From Candidatus Nomurabacteria bacterium (GTDB taxonomy: Bacteria; Patescibacteriota; Minisyncoccia; Phycocordibacterales; UBA918): a stretch of DNA of 50,184 nt. Location of the stretch: assembly GCA_020632035.1 (NCBI GenBank), contig JACKGG010000006.1, positions 1-50,184 on the forward strand, written 5' to 3'. A program made the translations under genes and the position numbers. Below are positions 35,504-45,894 of this stretch, piece by piece. The number at the start of each line of letters is the position of its first letter. The stretch's first letter is position 1. A model generated the notes under the pieces. It did no database searches, was not told the origin of the DNA, and saw only the letters and a program-made list of their open reading frames with translations.

Positions 35504-36478
35504 CTATTTATTATTTAAATCGCTCCCGCCATGAAATTTTTCGTGTACATCGCGCAGTCGTTTGTTTGTGACATGTGTGTAGATCTGAGTAGTGGCAACG
35601 TTCTTGTGGCCTAAAAGCTCTTGGACTGAACGAAGGTCTGCTCCGTGATCAAGGAGGTCAGTGGCATAGGTGTGCCGCAGGGTGTGTGGGGTGACTTTCT
35701 TAGAAACGCCAGCTAACATAGCGCTACGTTGAATCATCATTTGGATTGATCTAGGTGTAAGTCGTTTTCCATCTGAGCCGTTGTTTACTAAACTTGTAAA
35801 TAAAGCCTTATCTACGTCATGTCGTTTTTTTAGATAGATACGGATCCACTCAGCAGCACGAGGGGAGATGAATATGGTGCGAATATGCTTACCCTTACCG
35901 ACGATTGAAAGCTCATATGTACGATTGGTGGCGTTATCCTTAAGCATTGTTAGTTGGTCTTGATTAAGGGCGGTAAGTTCAGAAATACGCATACCTGAGC
36001 TGAAAAATAATTCCATAATTGTTCTGTCTCGTAATCCCTTTGGGGTATTTGTGTCTGGTACGGCCAGCATGGCAGCGATATCACGCACGTCTAAAAAAGC
36101 GATTGTTTCATCACTTTTCTGTTTAGCTAATTTTATCTTGCTGCTTGGCAGTGTTTCGATATCACGCTCGGCTAAAAAAGAGAGTAGGGCACGTAGGGCG
36201 ATTAGGTAATAGTTTTGTGATTTCTTGCTTAGTAGTTCACCACGGGGTGTTTTATAGGTACGTGCGATGAATAGGCGATACTCCCAAATATGATCTGCAG
36301 TAAGTTCATGTGGCTTTAGATTAGGTTGATCACTAACTACAAGCCACTTAATAAAAAGATTGAGATACTGTTGATAGTTACGCTGAGTATTGTTAGACAA
36401 ACCCTTTTCTATTTCACAGTAATCAAGGAAGGGTGTTACGTACTCCTTTATTGGGGTAGGTGATCTTTTTACTGTCAT
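35504..36478 (-). CDS. XerC/XerD-like tyrosine recombinase
   Basis: SAM-like N-terminal domain. Catalytic R (SGMRISE), K (GKGKH), HTLRH, LLGH and TQIY. Confidence 0.93.
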   Translation of the reverse strand: MTVKRSPTPIKEYVTPFLDYCEIEKGLSNNTQRNYQQYLNLFIKWLVVSDQPNLKPHELTADHIWEYRLFIARTYKTPRGELLSKKSQNYYLIALRALLSFLAERDIETLPSSKIKLAKQKSDETIAFLDVRDIAAMLAVPDTNTPKGLRDRTIMELFFSSGMRISELTALNQDQLTMLKDNATNRTYELSIVGKGKHIRTIFISPRAAEWIRIYLKKRHDVDKALFTSLVNNGSDGKRLTPRSIQMMIQRSAMLAGVSKKVTPHTLRHTYATDLLDHGADLRSVQELLGHKNVATTQIYTHVTNKRLRDVHEKFHGGSDLNNK

Positions 36479-36576
36479 ACTTCATATGATACCGCTTCGC
36501 ACAATATATGTAAAACGAAGTGATGGGTATAAGTGTATTGTTATTACTCACTATCTATAATATCAGTTCTGGTAAC

Positions 36577-37344
36577 CTATACAGGGCTTATATCTTGATC
36601 TGTGTAGATTAGTACCTTCTTGTGTAGGTTTAAAAGTTCGGCTGGACGCTCATTCAGCTTTTTTGTTTCAGAATTTAGCTTAGATAATATTTCTAGCTTA
36701 CTTGAACCTACTATGTATCCTATAAGTTCATCCACATTATTTAGTATCCAACTAGGCGTAAATGAGGCTCTAGAATCGATTGTAAGACCTTCGACGTGTA
36801 CTGGCACGTAGGTTCTATCGTCTTGATAGAGCTTTCGAAACGACGCTTCGTCCATTGGGAAAATTCCAGCTGTATGACCATCGGCTCCTACTCCTAGCAA
36901 GCAAATAATTTTTGGATTATTTAATTCAAGTAAAGTTTCTAAAAATAATTTTTCAATTCGTTCAGCAAAATTTTTTTCAGTCTCACTTTCAGTCGGAATT
37001 GTTTCAATGGTATTAATGGTCACAGGATGGCCTGGATACCGCGATTGTAATTGCATAAAATTGTTAATAGTTGACTCCCTGCTCACTCGCTCGTCCCCTA
37101 TTACAAATATTGTGCGACATTCGTTTTTCTGACACTTTATTTTTTGACCTTTGATTTCCTCTTCCCTTGCCTCCCCACAATCTTGATGAAAACAATATTT
37201 ACTAGTATCTATATATTCGATTACATCGAGTGCAGAGCCTCCTGATAGAATACATACCACGTCTCCAACGTGCTCACGTATTGAGTTACTTATATGTTCC
37301 CCTGCTTCCTTTCCTGGCCTATCTGTAATTATTAGTTGATTCAT
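36577..37344 (-). CDS. pgl: 6-phosphogluconolactonase with Cys-rich insertion
   Basis: LSGGS, GDER and LLGVGADGHTAGIFP motifs. Downstream of zwf and gnd. Confidence 0.85.
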   Translation of the reverse strand: MNQLIITDRPGKEAGEHISNSIREHVGDVVCILSGGSALDVIEYIDTSKYCFHQDCGEAREEEIKGQKIKCQKNECRTIFVIGDERVSRESTINNFMQLQSRYPGHPVTINTIETIPTESETEKNFAERIEKLFLETLLELNNPKIICLLGVGADGHTAGIFPMDEASFRKLYQDDRTYVPVHVEGLTIDSRASFTPSWILNNVDELIGYIVGSSKLEILSKLNSETKKLNERPAELLNLHKKVLIYTDQDISPV

Positions 37345-38240
37345 TTTTGTATCGTTTTATGTCCGCCGAACTGATTTCTGAGAGCTGATATCAATGACCC
37401 TATGCGAGACGGATTTTCTCTAGTTTCTTTACGTTGTAAGAGAGCAGCCTCTAGCACTGGAGTTTGCCTATGACTTACTATGAATTCCATTTCTTCTTCG
37501 GTTTCTCCCTTGGGTACCTCGCCGGAAATATTTTCAAGATAAGCATCTTTTTTGTATACTTCGCTCATCCATGTCATTAGTTTTGAAGCTATAATGCTTT
37601 CATGTTCGAACGGTTTAAGAACCTCTAATTGGTTTATCTTTAACTCTTGTGCATTATCTTCGATAAAAGCCATACCTTCTGCAATAGCGCCAGCCATGCC
37701 GTATTCTATTCCATTGTGTACCATTTTCACAAAGTGTCCAGCACCGGTTCCTCCCACATGGCCATAAGCATTTGGGGCGGCCAAGGTCATAAAAATATTT
37801 TCAATGTAGCTAATGGTTTCGTTATCACCTCCCACCATTAAAGAGGCTCCATTTCTAGCTCCGTTCACCCCTCCTGAAGTTCCACAGTCGACATAGTAAA
37901 AACCTTTTGATTTTGTTTCCGCAGCTCTTTTGATAGTGTCTTTGAAGAAAGAGTTACCACCGTCTATTATAATGTCGTCTGTAGCCAGTGATATACAAAT
38001 TTCGGCTAAGACACTATCAACAAATTTTGATGGTACCATCAACCAGATCACCTTTCGGCCTGATATTGAAGTAATAGCTTCAGCTATGGAGTCGTAGGTT
38101 TTTACGCCTAGTTTTTCTGCTTCCAATCGCATATCTACCGATACATCGAAACCGTGTACTACATAACCCTCTGCTACCAGTCGTGCAGTCATGGCGGAGC
38201 CCATCTTTCCTAATCCGATAAACACTAGTTCTTTAGTCAT
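37341..38240 (-). CDS. gnd: 6-phosphogluconate dehydrogenase, decarboxylating (short YqeC-like type)
   Basis: IGLGKMG, IDGGNS, DCGTSGG and HFVKMVHNGIEYG motifs. Confidence 0.93.
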   Translation of the reverse strand: MTKELVFIGLGKMGSAMTARLVAEGYVVHGFDVSVDMRLEAEKLGVKTYDSIAEAITSISGRKVIWLMVPSKFVDSVLAEICISLATDDIIIDGGNSFFKDTIKRAAETKSKGFYYVDCGTSGGVNGARNGASLMVGGDNETISYIENIFMTLAAPNAYGHVGGTGAGHFVKMVHNGIEYGMAGAIAEGMAFIEDNAQELKINQLEVLKPFEHESIIASKLMTWMSEVYKKDAYLENISGEVPKGETEEEMEFIVSHRQTPVLEAALLQRKETRENPSRIGSLISALRNQFGGHKTIQK

Positions 38241-38247
38241 ATATAAA

Positions 38248-39666
38248 TTACATTTTTAATAAAGTTTCAACGGGTCCGGCACTACCTTTTTTATACGTGT
38301 GTAGTGGTAATTTGTTCCAGGTTTCAAGGATTGGAGTGATAAACTTCCAGGCGGCGTGAACTTCTTCGGTTTTGGTAAATAGAGTTTGGTCACCAACGAT
38401 CGAGTCGTACAAAACTTTTTCGTAAGAGTTTTTAATTTTATTTTCCCCTTCTTTGCACTTGTAAGAAAGAGTCCTGGTTTCTAGCTGATACCCTAAGTCT
38501 GGAGACTTAGCGTTTAAAGTAATAGCTATTTCTTGTTCTGGCGAAATTGTTAGTTTAATTTGGTTTCCTATACTAAAGCAAGTTTTGGTTTCAAAGAGTC
38601 CAGTCGCCACATCTTTAAAATTTATGGTTATAGAAACTTCCCCAACTTCCAGCGCTTTTCCAGCCTGGATGAAGAAAGGGACATCCTTCCAGGTGGGACT
38701 GTCGACAAAAGTTTTTAATTCAAAATAAGTCTCAGTTTCTGAGTCGTTTGGAATTGCTTCATCTGATTTGTAGCCATCATATTGAGCTCTTATTACACTA
38801 TCATTAAGAGTTTCTTTAGTTACTGGGCGAAGCGACTCCAGGACCTCAGTCCTGGCGTCTCTTATGGCTTCCACCGTAAATGTGTCAGGCTCTTTCATGG
38901 CAACAAGAGCCAAGAGCTGTAAAAGATGATTTTGACCGACGTCTCTTAGTGCTCCAACACCTTCATAAAAACCTGATCTTCCACCCACATCAATAGTTTC
39001 TGTCATTTTTATATATACAGATTGGACCGAATCTTTGTCCCAAGGGGCCTTGAGTAAAGTATTGGCAAATCGAAAAGAAAGAATATTTTGTACAGCTTCT
39101 TTAGCTAAGTAATGGTCGATGCGAAAAATTTGATCTTCACGATATAACTTTGCCAGTTGGCTATCTAGTTCTTGAGCTGTTTGTAAATTATTTCCAAACG
39201 GTTTCTCTACTAAAATATGTGTCCATTTTTTTTCAGATTCATCTGCAACCCCAGACTTCTTAAGATCATTAAATATTTGACTATAGTGTTTTGGTGGAAC
39301 TGCTAAATAAAAAAGTCTATTACTGCGTACTCCCCTCTTTACATCAAATTCATCTAGGCTACTTTGCAATCGATCATAGCTAGAGAAGTCATCAAAGGAG
39401 CCACTGACGAATGAAATGTGTGAACAAAAATCATTTACTTGCTGGGCTGTATGCGTGTGACCAAGATGATATTTATCAATAGATTCTTTAACAAAGGTAG
39501 AATACTCATGTCTTCCCCACTTTGATCTAGCTAGACCAATAATATGAAAAACTTCAGGCAACATGCCTCTGGCGTATAGATCTAACAAAGCTGGTAAGAG
39601 TTTTCTCCTACTTAAATCACCTGTACCACCGAGGATTAATATCTGTGTGGCTCCGGAATCTAGCAT
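38248..39666 (-). CDS. zwf: Glucose-6-phosphate 1-dehydrogenase
   Basis: GGTGDLSRRKL, YLAVPP, EKPFG, RIDHYLAKE and RDVGQNHLLQ motifs. Start placed at the ATG at 39666. Confidence 0.97.
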   Translation of the reverse strand: MLDSGATQILILGGTGDLSRRKLLPALLDLYARGMLPEVFHIIGLARSKWGRHEYSTFVKESIDKYHLGHTHTAQQVNDFCSHISFVSGSFDDFSSYDRLQSSLDEFDVKRGVRSNRLFYLAVPPKHYSQIFNDLKKSGVADESEKKWTHILVEKPFGNNLQTAQELDSQLAKLYREDQIFRIDHYLAKEAVQNILSFRFANTLLKAPWDKDSVQSVYIKMTETIDVGGRSGFYEGVGALRDVGQNHLLQLLALVAMKEPDTFTVEAIRDARTEVLESLRPVTKETLNDSVIRAQYDGYKSDEAIPNDSETETYFELKTFVDSPTWKDVPFFIQAGKALEVGEVSITINFKDVATGLFETKTCFSIGNQIKLTISPEQEIAITLNAKSPDLGYQLETRTLSYKCKEGENKIKNSYEKVLYDSIVGDQTLFTKTEEVHAAWKFITPILETWNKLPLHTYKKGSAGPVETLLKM

Positions 39667-39830
39667 TGATTGTATTGTATAGCATCTAGAAATTTTATCC
39701 CAGAAACCCGCTGTGAAGCGGGCTTCCATTCGGGTAAGTTCCTACGATGTTTTGCATCGCATAATTATAGTAACACCAAATCCACAGAGATATCCACTCC
39801 AAAAGCAGTAGTTTTCCACAGTTTTGAGGA

Positions 39831-41138
39831 TTAATACTTAGGTAAGTAAAGCATTGGGTCTATATAGGCTTCTGTTGCTGCTACTGGAGTAGAAGCGGGT
39901 CCACAACTAGTGACTGTTTTAATTTCGTTAAATTTGCGTACATTTACTCCGTCTTTTGCATATACTGTGAAGTGAAGGTGTGGTCCAGTTGAGTAGCCCG
40001 TGCTGCCTACGTACCCAATGATTTCACCAGTGCTTACTTTTTGTCCGGAAGTGACAGAAATAACATCTTGGTGCGCGTACAAGGTGCTTAGTCCGTTGGC
40101 ATGGTCTATCAATGTCCATTTGCCCCAAGAGTAACAACCTGGAACAGCGTCCGTGTTACCGGTAGCTCTAACAGTACCGGTAAGTGGCGCCATGATAGCA
40201 GTACCACGTGGTGCTCCCATATCGACTCCCGGGTGATAGGCTCTTCCACCGTAGACACTGGCATTACGCGCTGCAAACTCTGTCCCACCAAAGAACTGAG
40301 TAATAATTACATTAGCTAGCGGCCAACTAAAGACAGCTGTCCCTGGTGTTGGGATAGTGTTTGGATCAAGGATAAACTGAAGTTTTGATTCAAACTCTCG
40401 TAATTCTTTAAGTACTTGCTCTCGTGCCTGTTCCTGTGAAGCCAAAAGTTGTTGGTAGTTTTTTTCTTCACTTTTGGTTATCTCAAGCAACTCAGCTTGT
40501 TCTTGTTTGTTGTTTATCAATACTTCATTCTGGTCATTGTATTGGTTTTTGAGTGAACTAAGTTGCTCTCTCTTCGATTCATTTTCATCTCTCTTTTCTT
40601 CTAGCAAAGATCTAAATGAACTTAGTGAAGCTACTTTTGTTGACAAGGTATCTCGGATGCTTTCATGAGCTTCATAAGTGCTCCAAAAATCTGATAACCT
40701 GTCTTTGCTTAAAAGAAGTTCTATCAGGCTGTCGTCACCGTCTTTGTACTCAGACCTTATAATGGCACCAATGCCGGCTTCAGTATTATTGATGTCTTTT
40801 TGGGTACGAGAGATTTCGAGAATGAGTTTATTGATTTCTAGGTCAGTAGAAGTTATTTGGTTTTCAGTTTTTGATATTTCGGCGTTTACCTTCTTTCTCT
40901 CTAGCTCAAGTTGATTGATGGCAGACTGGAGAGTTTTTTTCTCGGCTCCAACTTCCTGGAGTTCAGAATTATACTTAGCAATTTCTGCTTCAATTTCTGC
41001 TAAGCGATTACTTCTGTCATCTATTTGGGACCGTAGTTTAGAAATTTCTGATTCAGCCAAAGCGCTGGTAGGAGCAGTAAAAACCAGCTGTGGGAGTAAG
41101 ATTCCTAAAAGAAAGGCTACGAACAGTCTTATATTCAT
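39831..41138 (-). CDS. M23 family peptidase with long coiled coil (EnvC/MepM-like murein hydrolase or activator)
   Basis: Signal peptide, coiled coil, HPGVD and HxH (GPHLHF) motifs. Confidence 0.92.
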   Translation of the reverse strand: MNIRLFVAFLLGILLPQLVFTAPTSALAESEISKLRSQIDDRSNRLAEIEAEIAKYNSELQEVGAEKKTLQSAINQLELERKKVNAEISKTENQITSTDLEINKLILEISRTQKDINNTEAGIGAIIRSEYKDGDDSLIELLLSKDRLSDFWSTYEAHESIRDTLSTKVASLSSFRSLLEEKRDENESKREQLSSLKNQYNDQNEVLINNKQEQAELLEITKSEEKNYQQLLASQEQAREQVLKELREFESKLQFILDPNTIPTPGTAVFSWPLANVIITQFFGGTEFAARNASVYGGRAYHPGVDMGAPRGTAIMAPLTGTVRATGNTDAVPGCYSWGKWTLIDHANGLSTLYAHQDVISVTSGQKVSTGEIIGYVGSTGYSTGPHLHFTVYAKDGVNVRKFNEIKTVTSCGPASTPVAATEAYIDPMLYLPKY

Positions 41139-42604
41139 TACTCTGATATTTTATCACAAGCCGTCTTGATACGGGAGATAGTTTCTTTTTTACCCAGTAT
41201 ATAAGCGATCATAAAAGGGTCTGGAGACTGGGCTTTGCCTGACAGAGAAGTTCGTAGTGGCCATAGGAGTTCACCCTTCCCTACTTCTTCAGCGTATGGC
41301 CAGAGGGCAGATTTGATTGATTCAGTGGTGTCAAAGCTAGCTTCAGAGATTACTTCACAGGCTTTTTGTAGTCTGGGTAAAGCTTCTGCAACCATGTTGT
41401 CATTTTTCCACTTTAGTATTTCTACGTCGTATTCTGGAGCGGTAAAGGCGAAGTCATACTCCCCTGCTTCGGCTGACTCAACAATCTCATTTTTATTGTG
41501 AATACGTTCAAAGACAACCGGAGAAAGCTTTTTTAGTCTATCGTCAGAATATTGAGGTTTGTTTTTTAGAGAGTCAGGTATTGCTTCTTTTAAGTATTCA
41601 GCTAAAAATTCAGGTGTTTGTTTCTGTAAGTACTCTTTGTTCATCCATTTTAGTTTTTCTTCGTTGAAAGCGCCACCGGAGCGTTGAATTTTTTCGAGCG
41701 TGAACTTGTTGATTAACTCTTCACTAGGAAATATTTCATCATTCCCACCTGGGTTCCAGCCAATTAGCGCCAGAAAATTACGCATCGCTTCAGGTAGGTA
41801 ACCATCTGATCGGTATTCGAGTAAGTCTTTAGCTCCATCACGCTTACTCAACTTCTTTTTTCCATCCGGACCCATAATTGGCGGTAGAGTCACTAGAGTT
41901 GGATACGGTATTTCCAAAGCATCATAAAGACTAAGGAATTTTGGGGTACTGGATATAAATTCTTCGCCTCGCATGACGTGAGTAACGCCCATCTCTAGAT
42001 CGTCAATAATATGGGCAAAGTTATAGGTTGGATATCCATCAGCTTTAATGATAATAAAATCGTCAAGCATTTCTTCACCGGCTGAAAGTTTCCCTCGAAC
42101 TGCATCTTGCCACTCGTAGCGTTTAACCTCTGGAGTTTTTAGTCGAAGTGGCTTAGTACCATCCCAAGCTTCAAACTCGGTTGGCCTATGATGTCTGTAT
42201 AGGTATGGCCTGTCTTCTTTTTTTGCCAATTCTCGAAAGTTCTCTATTTCTTCATTTGTATACGGGTCTGGGTAAGCTAGTCCTTTGTCTATAAGCTTTT
42301 GAGCATATTTCTTATATATGTCCAATCTGTCTGATTGCAGGCAAGATTTAAATTCACCAGGTTTATCTGGCCCATAATCATAGTCTATACCCAGCCAATG
42401 AAGTGCATCTATCGTGTGTTGAATGGCGCCCTCCACCTCTCTATTTTTGTCTGTATCTTCGATGCGTAAAATAAAAGTACCGTTATTTTTTCTTGCCCAC
42501 AGCCAAGCATAGAGAGCTGTCCTGATGCCGCCGATATGCTGAAAACCCGTCGGAGACGGGGCATATCTGGTCACTACTTTCTGTTTAGTATTATTATGAT
42601 CCAT
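41138..42604 (-). CDS. gltX: Glutamate--tRNA ligase
   Basis: RYAPSPTGFQHIGG, LRIEDTD, HVMRGEE and KLSKRDG motifs. Confidence 0.97.
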   Translation of the reverse strand: MDHNNTKQKVVTRYAPSPTGFQHIGGIRTALYAWLWARKNNGTFILRIEDTDKNREVEGAIQHTIDALHWLGIDYDYGPDKPGEFKSCLQSDRLDIYKKYAQKLIDKGLAYPDPYTNEEIENFRELAKKEDRPYLYRHHRPTEFEAWDGTKPLRLKTPEVKRYEWQDAVRGKLSAGEEMLDDFIIIKADGYPTYNFAHIIDDLEMGVTHVMRGEEFISSTPKFLSLYDALEIPYPTLVTLPPIMGPDGKKKLSKRDGAKDLLEYRSDGYLPEAMRNFLALIGWNPGGNDEIFPSEELINKFTLEKIQRSGGAFNEEKLKWMNKEYLQKQTPEFLAEYLKEAIPDSLKNKPQYSDDRLKKLSPVVFERIHNKNEIVESAEAGEYDFAFTAPEYDVEILKWKNDNMVAEALPRLQKACEVISEASFDTTESIKSALWPYAEEVGKGELLWPLRTSLSGKAQSPDPFMIAYILGKKETISRIKTACDKISE

Positions 42605-43706
42605 GTTCAGTTCCAATCGATATCAAGATGTCAGCGACTTTCTTGGCTGCTCCATCTAAGAAAGTGTCTTTGGCTGCTCTAGACATTTCTTGGTAGCGAT
42701 TTTGGTCATTTATAATAGTGCTAATCTCTTGGGTAAGCAAGCTTTGGGTTAAGTTGTGTTCTTCTATGACGGTCGCTCCCCCACTTCTGGCGTAGGCATA
42801 AGCATTCGTTCTTTGGTCACGACTTACATCCTCAGGAATGGGAATAATAATGGCTGGTTTGCCATGAAAAGCCACCTCAAACAAAGTCGTACTGCCCGCT
42901 CTAGTGATTATTAATGAAGCCGCACTCATAAGAGCTGAGACCATATTGGCTGGTATGGTACCCTCAAGGTAATAGCTATCTAGGTCGGGATTGCCATCTA
43001 GCAAGCTTTGAGCCGAAAGTTTCATTTCGTCGAGGTTGGTCGGTCCAGTTTGATGAAAGATTCGATAGTGTGGCAACAATAGAGATAATGAACGCAAGAT
43101 GATACTGTTCAACCTCTCAGCTCCTGAAGAACCACCAGTTACGTATATTAAAGGTTTGTCTTGAGGAATGTTTAGTAAGGTGAATGGATCAGGTGGGATA
43201 TTCTTGATTTCGTTTCGTAACGGTATACCAACGAGCGCAGTTTTTTCCGGTGGAAAAAACTGCGCGGCATCATCATAAGCAATCGCAATGTACTTGGCTT
43301 GTTTAGTTGCCATTTTGTTGGCTCGCCCAGGAACGGCATCTGACTCATGGATAACAACTGGTATGCGAAGAAACTTTGCCGCTAGTAATATCGGTACGCT
43401 GGTATATCCACCCTTACTAAAAATCACATCAGGATAAATTATAAAAAGTTTGATGGTGGCAATAAAAATCCCAAAAAAATTACGAAAGATGTCGATGAAA
43501 TTTTGAATTGAAAAATAATTCCTCAGCTTTCCAGCCGGACAGTACACGTACTTAATATTATAGTTACCGAGCATCTCTTTATTGTAAGGAGAAGGGCCAA
43601 AGTAATACAGCTCAGGTTTCGTACTGCTGGTCACTAATTCTTGAGCCACCGCTATTAAAGGGTAAAAATGACCTCCTGTGCCTCCTCCTACTAATCCGAT
43701 TTTCAT
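42594..43706 (-). CDS. murG: Lipid I GlcNAc transferase MurG
   Basis: GGGTGGHFYP, KGGYTSVP, HESDAVPGRAN, TRAGSTT and DQRTNA motifs. Confidence 0.95.
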   Translation of the reverse strand: MKIGLVGGGTGGHFYPLIAVAQELVTSSTKPELYYFGPSPYNKEMLGNYNIKYVYCPAGKLRNYFSIQNFIDIFRNFFGIFIATIKLFIIYPDVIFSKGGYTSVPILLAAKFLRIPVVIHESDAVPGRANKMATKQAKYIAIAYDDAAQFFPPEKTALVGIPLRNEIKNIPPDPFTLLNIPQDKPLIYVTGGSSGAERLNSIILRSLSLLLPHYRIFHQTGPTNLDEMKLSAQSLLDGNPDLDSYYLEGTIPANMVSALMSAASLIITRAGSTTLFEVAFHGKPAIIIPIPEDVSRDQRTNAYAYARSGGATVIEEHNLTQSLLTQEISTIINDQNRYQEMSRAAKDTFLDGAAKKVADILISIGTEHGS

Positions 43707-43718
43707 ATATTTAGTTTA

Positions 43719-44837
43719 TCACGCGTGCTTTTTAAAAGTTCTATATCTAGACACATTTAAAACAATTCCGAGTGAGGCTAAGGTAGACATAAGAGCCGTT
43801 CCACCGTGACTGATAAAAGGTAGTGGTAAGCCAGATAAGGGTGCCACTGCTAACATAGCACCAATATTTAAAAACGCTTGGGCGATAATTATTGTCATGA
43901 AACCAACAACTAATAGGGTTCCAAAAATATCATTGGCTTGAGTAGCGGTTTTGTAGCCACGTAAAGTGAGGAAGACTAAAGCCATGATTAACACAATCGC
44001 TCCGATGAAACCGAACTCTTCTGCGTATACAGCAAAAATAGAGTCACCAATCGGTTCAGGTAAGTACTCAAATTTCTGGATACTCTGTCCATAACCTCGA
44101 CCAGTTATTCCTCCTGATCCGATAGCTATTAGTGATTGTTGTATTTGATAACCGCTTCCTAAAGGGTCATTTTCTGGGTGCAGAAAAGTCGTCATACGAT
44201 CCATAATATATGGCCGAAACATAGCAACTGCAGCTAAAAGTATAACTACACTAATGAATATAATTGTTATATCTCTCCACCTAGCTCCTGAAACCAAAAA
44301 CATAGCCATGCCCGCAAAAGCCATAATTAAAAATGTATCAGTGTCTGGTTGTAGAAGCATGACGATACCCACTAGGCCACTGATGCCCGCAAAAGGGATT
44401 AAGCCGTATCGGAAGCGAGCTATTTTGGTGTGTACACCAGACAGCCAGGTCGCTAAATAAATAATGAAACCAAGCTTCAAGAATTCGGATGGTTGGATAG
44501 TTACAAAGCCTAAATCAAGCCATCTGGTGGCACCAGCGTGTGACATTCCGATGCCGGGCAAGAAGACTGCCAGGGTGGCCAAAAGAGTTACTAAAAATAA
44601 ATAAAAAGCGTATTTACGCCAGTGTCGGTAATAAATACTACTAGTAAGGAAAAGCGCTACCCCCCCACCTAATACTCCAAATAAAAATTGATTTAGTGCA
44701 ACTGATCCAAAGGTCGCCCCATCTCTAGCCATTAGTCCGAGAGAAGCAGAAGAAAAAATAAGAAAACCGCCTGCTACTAAAAGAGCAATTATACTTAAAA
44801 GCATTGTGTCGACAGATTTTGGTTTAGGGTGGCTCAT
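43719..44837 (-). CDS. ftsW: SEDS peptidoglycan glycosyltransferase FtsW/RodA
   Basis: GATRW, IQPSEFLK, QPDT, GYQIQQSLIAIGSGG and PFISHGGT motifs. Lies between mraY and murG. Confidence 0.92.
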   Translation of the reverse strand: MSHPKPKSVDTMLLSIIALLVAGGFLIFSSASLGLMARDGATFGSVALNQFLFGVLGGGVALFLTSSIYYRHWRKYAFYLFLVTLLATLAVFLPGIGMSHAGATRWLDLGFVTIQPSEFLKLGFIIYLATWLSGVHTKIARFRYGLIPFAGISGLVGIVMLLQPDTDTFLIMAFAGMAMFLVSGARWRDITIIFISVVILLAAVAMFRPYIMDRMTTFLHPENDPLGSGYQIQQSLIAIGSGGITGRGYGQSIQKFEYLPEPIGDSIFAVYAEEFGFIGAIVLIMALVFLTLRGYKTATQANDIFGTLLVVGFMTIIIAQAFLNIGAMLAVAPLSGLPLPFISHGGTALMSTLASLGIVLNVSRYRTFKKHA

Positions 44838-45892
44838 GCTATTGAGGCGATAATTACACCTATAACCGCGCAAAAAATACTAATAATCCAATAGCGCATA
44901 GTAACCTTGTACGATGGCCAACCAATTGCTTCAAAGTGGTGATGTAGTGGTGCGATTCGGAAAAGTTTCTTACCTGTCAGTTTTCGGTAAGAGACCTGAA
45001 GTACGTTCGATACAACAGTAGCAATTAGTGGAAGTCCAACCACCACCAGTAAAGATATACCGTTTCCGTCCCCCAGCGAGTCTGTCATAAATACTACTGT
45101 TGCCAAGGAAAGAGTAAGAGCCATCGTACCAGTTTCTGTCATCCAAAAACGAGCTGGCGGAACATTAAACCAAAGGAAAGCCAGTATTCCACCTACTACT
45201 GTGGCGCAGAAGACTGCCAAATTGAACTGTGATTGTATAACAGCAATCCCAGTGTAAGCCGCAAATACAGAAGCAAACACTCCTCCTGACAGTCCGTCGA
45301 TACCATCGATGACCCCACTAGCGTAAAGCATTAGAGTCAATAAAATAAAGAAAGGAATAATTAGAATCCCTAATTCTAGAGTTCCGTCGAAAGGGATGTT
45401 TACACCGGTGACATCCAGCTTGTCGTAAAACCACCAACCAAGCGAACCAGAGAGAATGGTAATAAGGCTTAGTCTAAGACGTAAACTGATTCCTCTTCCT
45501 TCGTGAGCCACATCATAAAAGTCATTTAGGAAGCCAATCAAAGCTCCTGCCAGTAAAGCGGTGGCTGGTATTAAAGTTTGAGACCGGCTTAAGAAGTTCA
45601 GGTTAGATAGTAAAGTGTTTGGAAAAAAATGTGCCAGTAAAGAGGTAAAAATAAGAGTAATTAAAACACTACCCCAAACAACTATACCGCCCATTCTAGG
45701 GGTCTTGGTTTCTTCCCCGCCTTTCAGGCGATTGAATTCTGTTGCTTCATGTCCACCCATAGCTACCTTGCCACCTTGTTTTTTCCATACTTTGTATTTA
45801 AAAAGGAAGTGAGTTACTAAGGGCGTAATAAAGATACCAATAGTAAAAGTTAAGAGAGCTGGAATTAGTACATTGAGGATAAGAGAGTCCAT
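44834..45892 (-). CDS. mraY: Phospho-N-acetylmuramoyl-pentapeptide transferase
   Basis: KTPRMGG, DGIDGLSGG, WFNVPPARFWM and APLHHHFE motifs. Confidence 0.95.
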   Translation of the reverse strand: MDSLILNVLIPALLTFTIGIFITPLVTHFLFKYKVWKKQGGKVAMGGHEATEFNRLKGGEETKTPRMGGIVVWGSVLITLIFTSLLAHFFPNTLLSNLNFLSRSQTLIPATALLAGALIGFLNDFYDVAHEGRGISLRLRLSLITILSGSLGWWFYDKLDVTGVNIPFDGTLELGILIIPFFILLTLMLYASGVIDGIDGLSGGVFASVFAAYTGIAVIQSQFNLAVFCATVVGGILAFLWFNVPPARFWMTETGTMALTLSLATVVFMTDSLGDGNGISLLVVVGLPLIATVVSNVLQVSYRKLTGKKLFRIAPLHHHFEAIGWPSYKVTMRYWIISIFCAVIGVIIASIA

Positions 45893-45894
45893 AG

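Noticed and set aside
35504-36478. Tyrosine recombinase as integrase of a prophage or island
   Set aside because: Xer-like length and motifs, housekeeping neighbours, no att repeats, tRNA target or phage genes.
35434-36521. Replication terminus at the convergence of mostly plus-strand genes (18-35 kb) and minus-strand genes (35.5-50 kb), next to the Xer-like gene
   Set aside because: Short hand-counted samples in murG, the M23 gene, the S11 gene and scpA still show G at or above C on the plus strand, so no clear skew inversion. A cumulative GC-skew plot is needed to settle it.
36493-36522. 11-6-11 pseudo-palindrome upstream of the recombinase as a difSL-like site
   Set aside because: Symmetry is in the outer bases (cgcttcg/cgaagtg), not the inner CATAA/TTATG positions typical of dif. 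It flanks a TTTACA-17-TATCAT promoter, so it is at most an operator.
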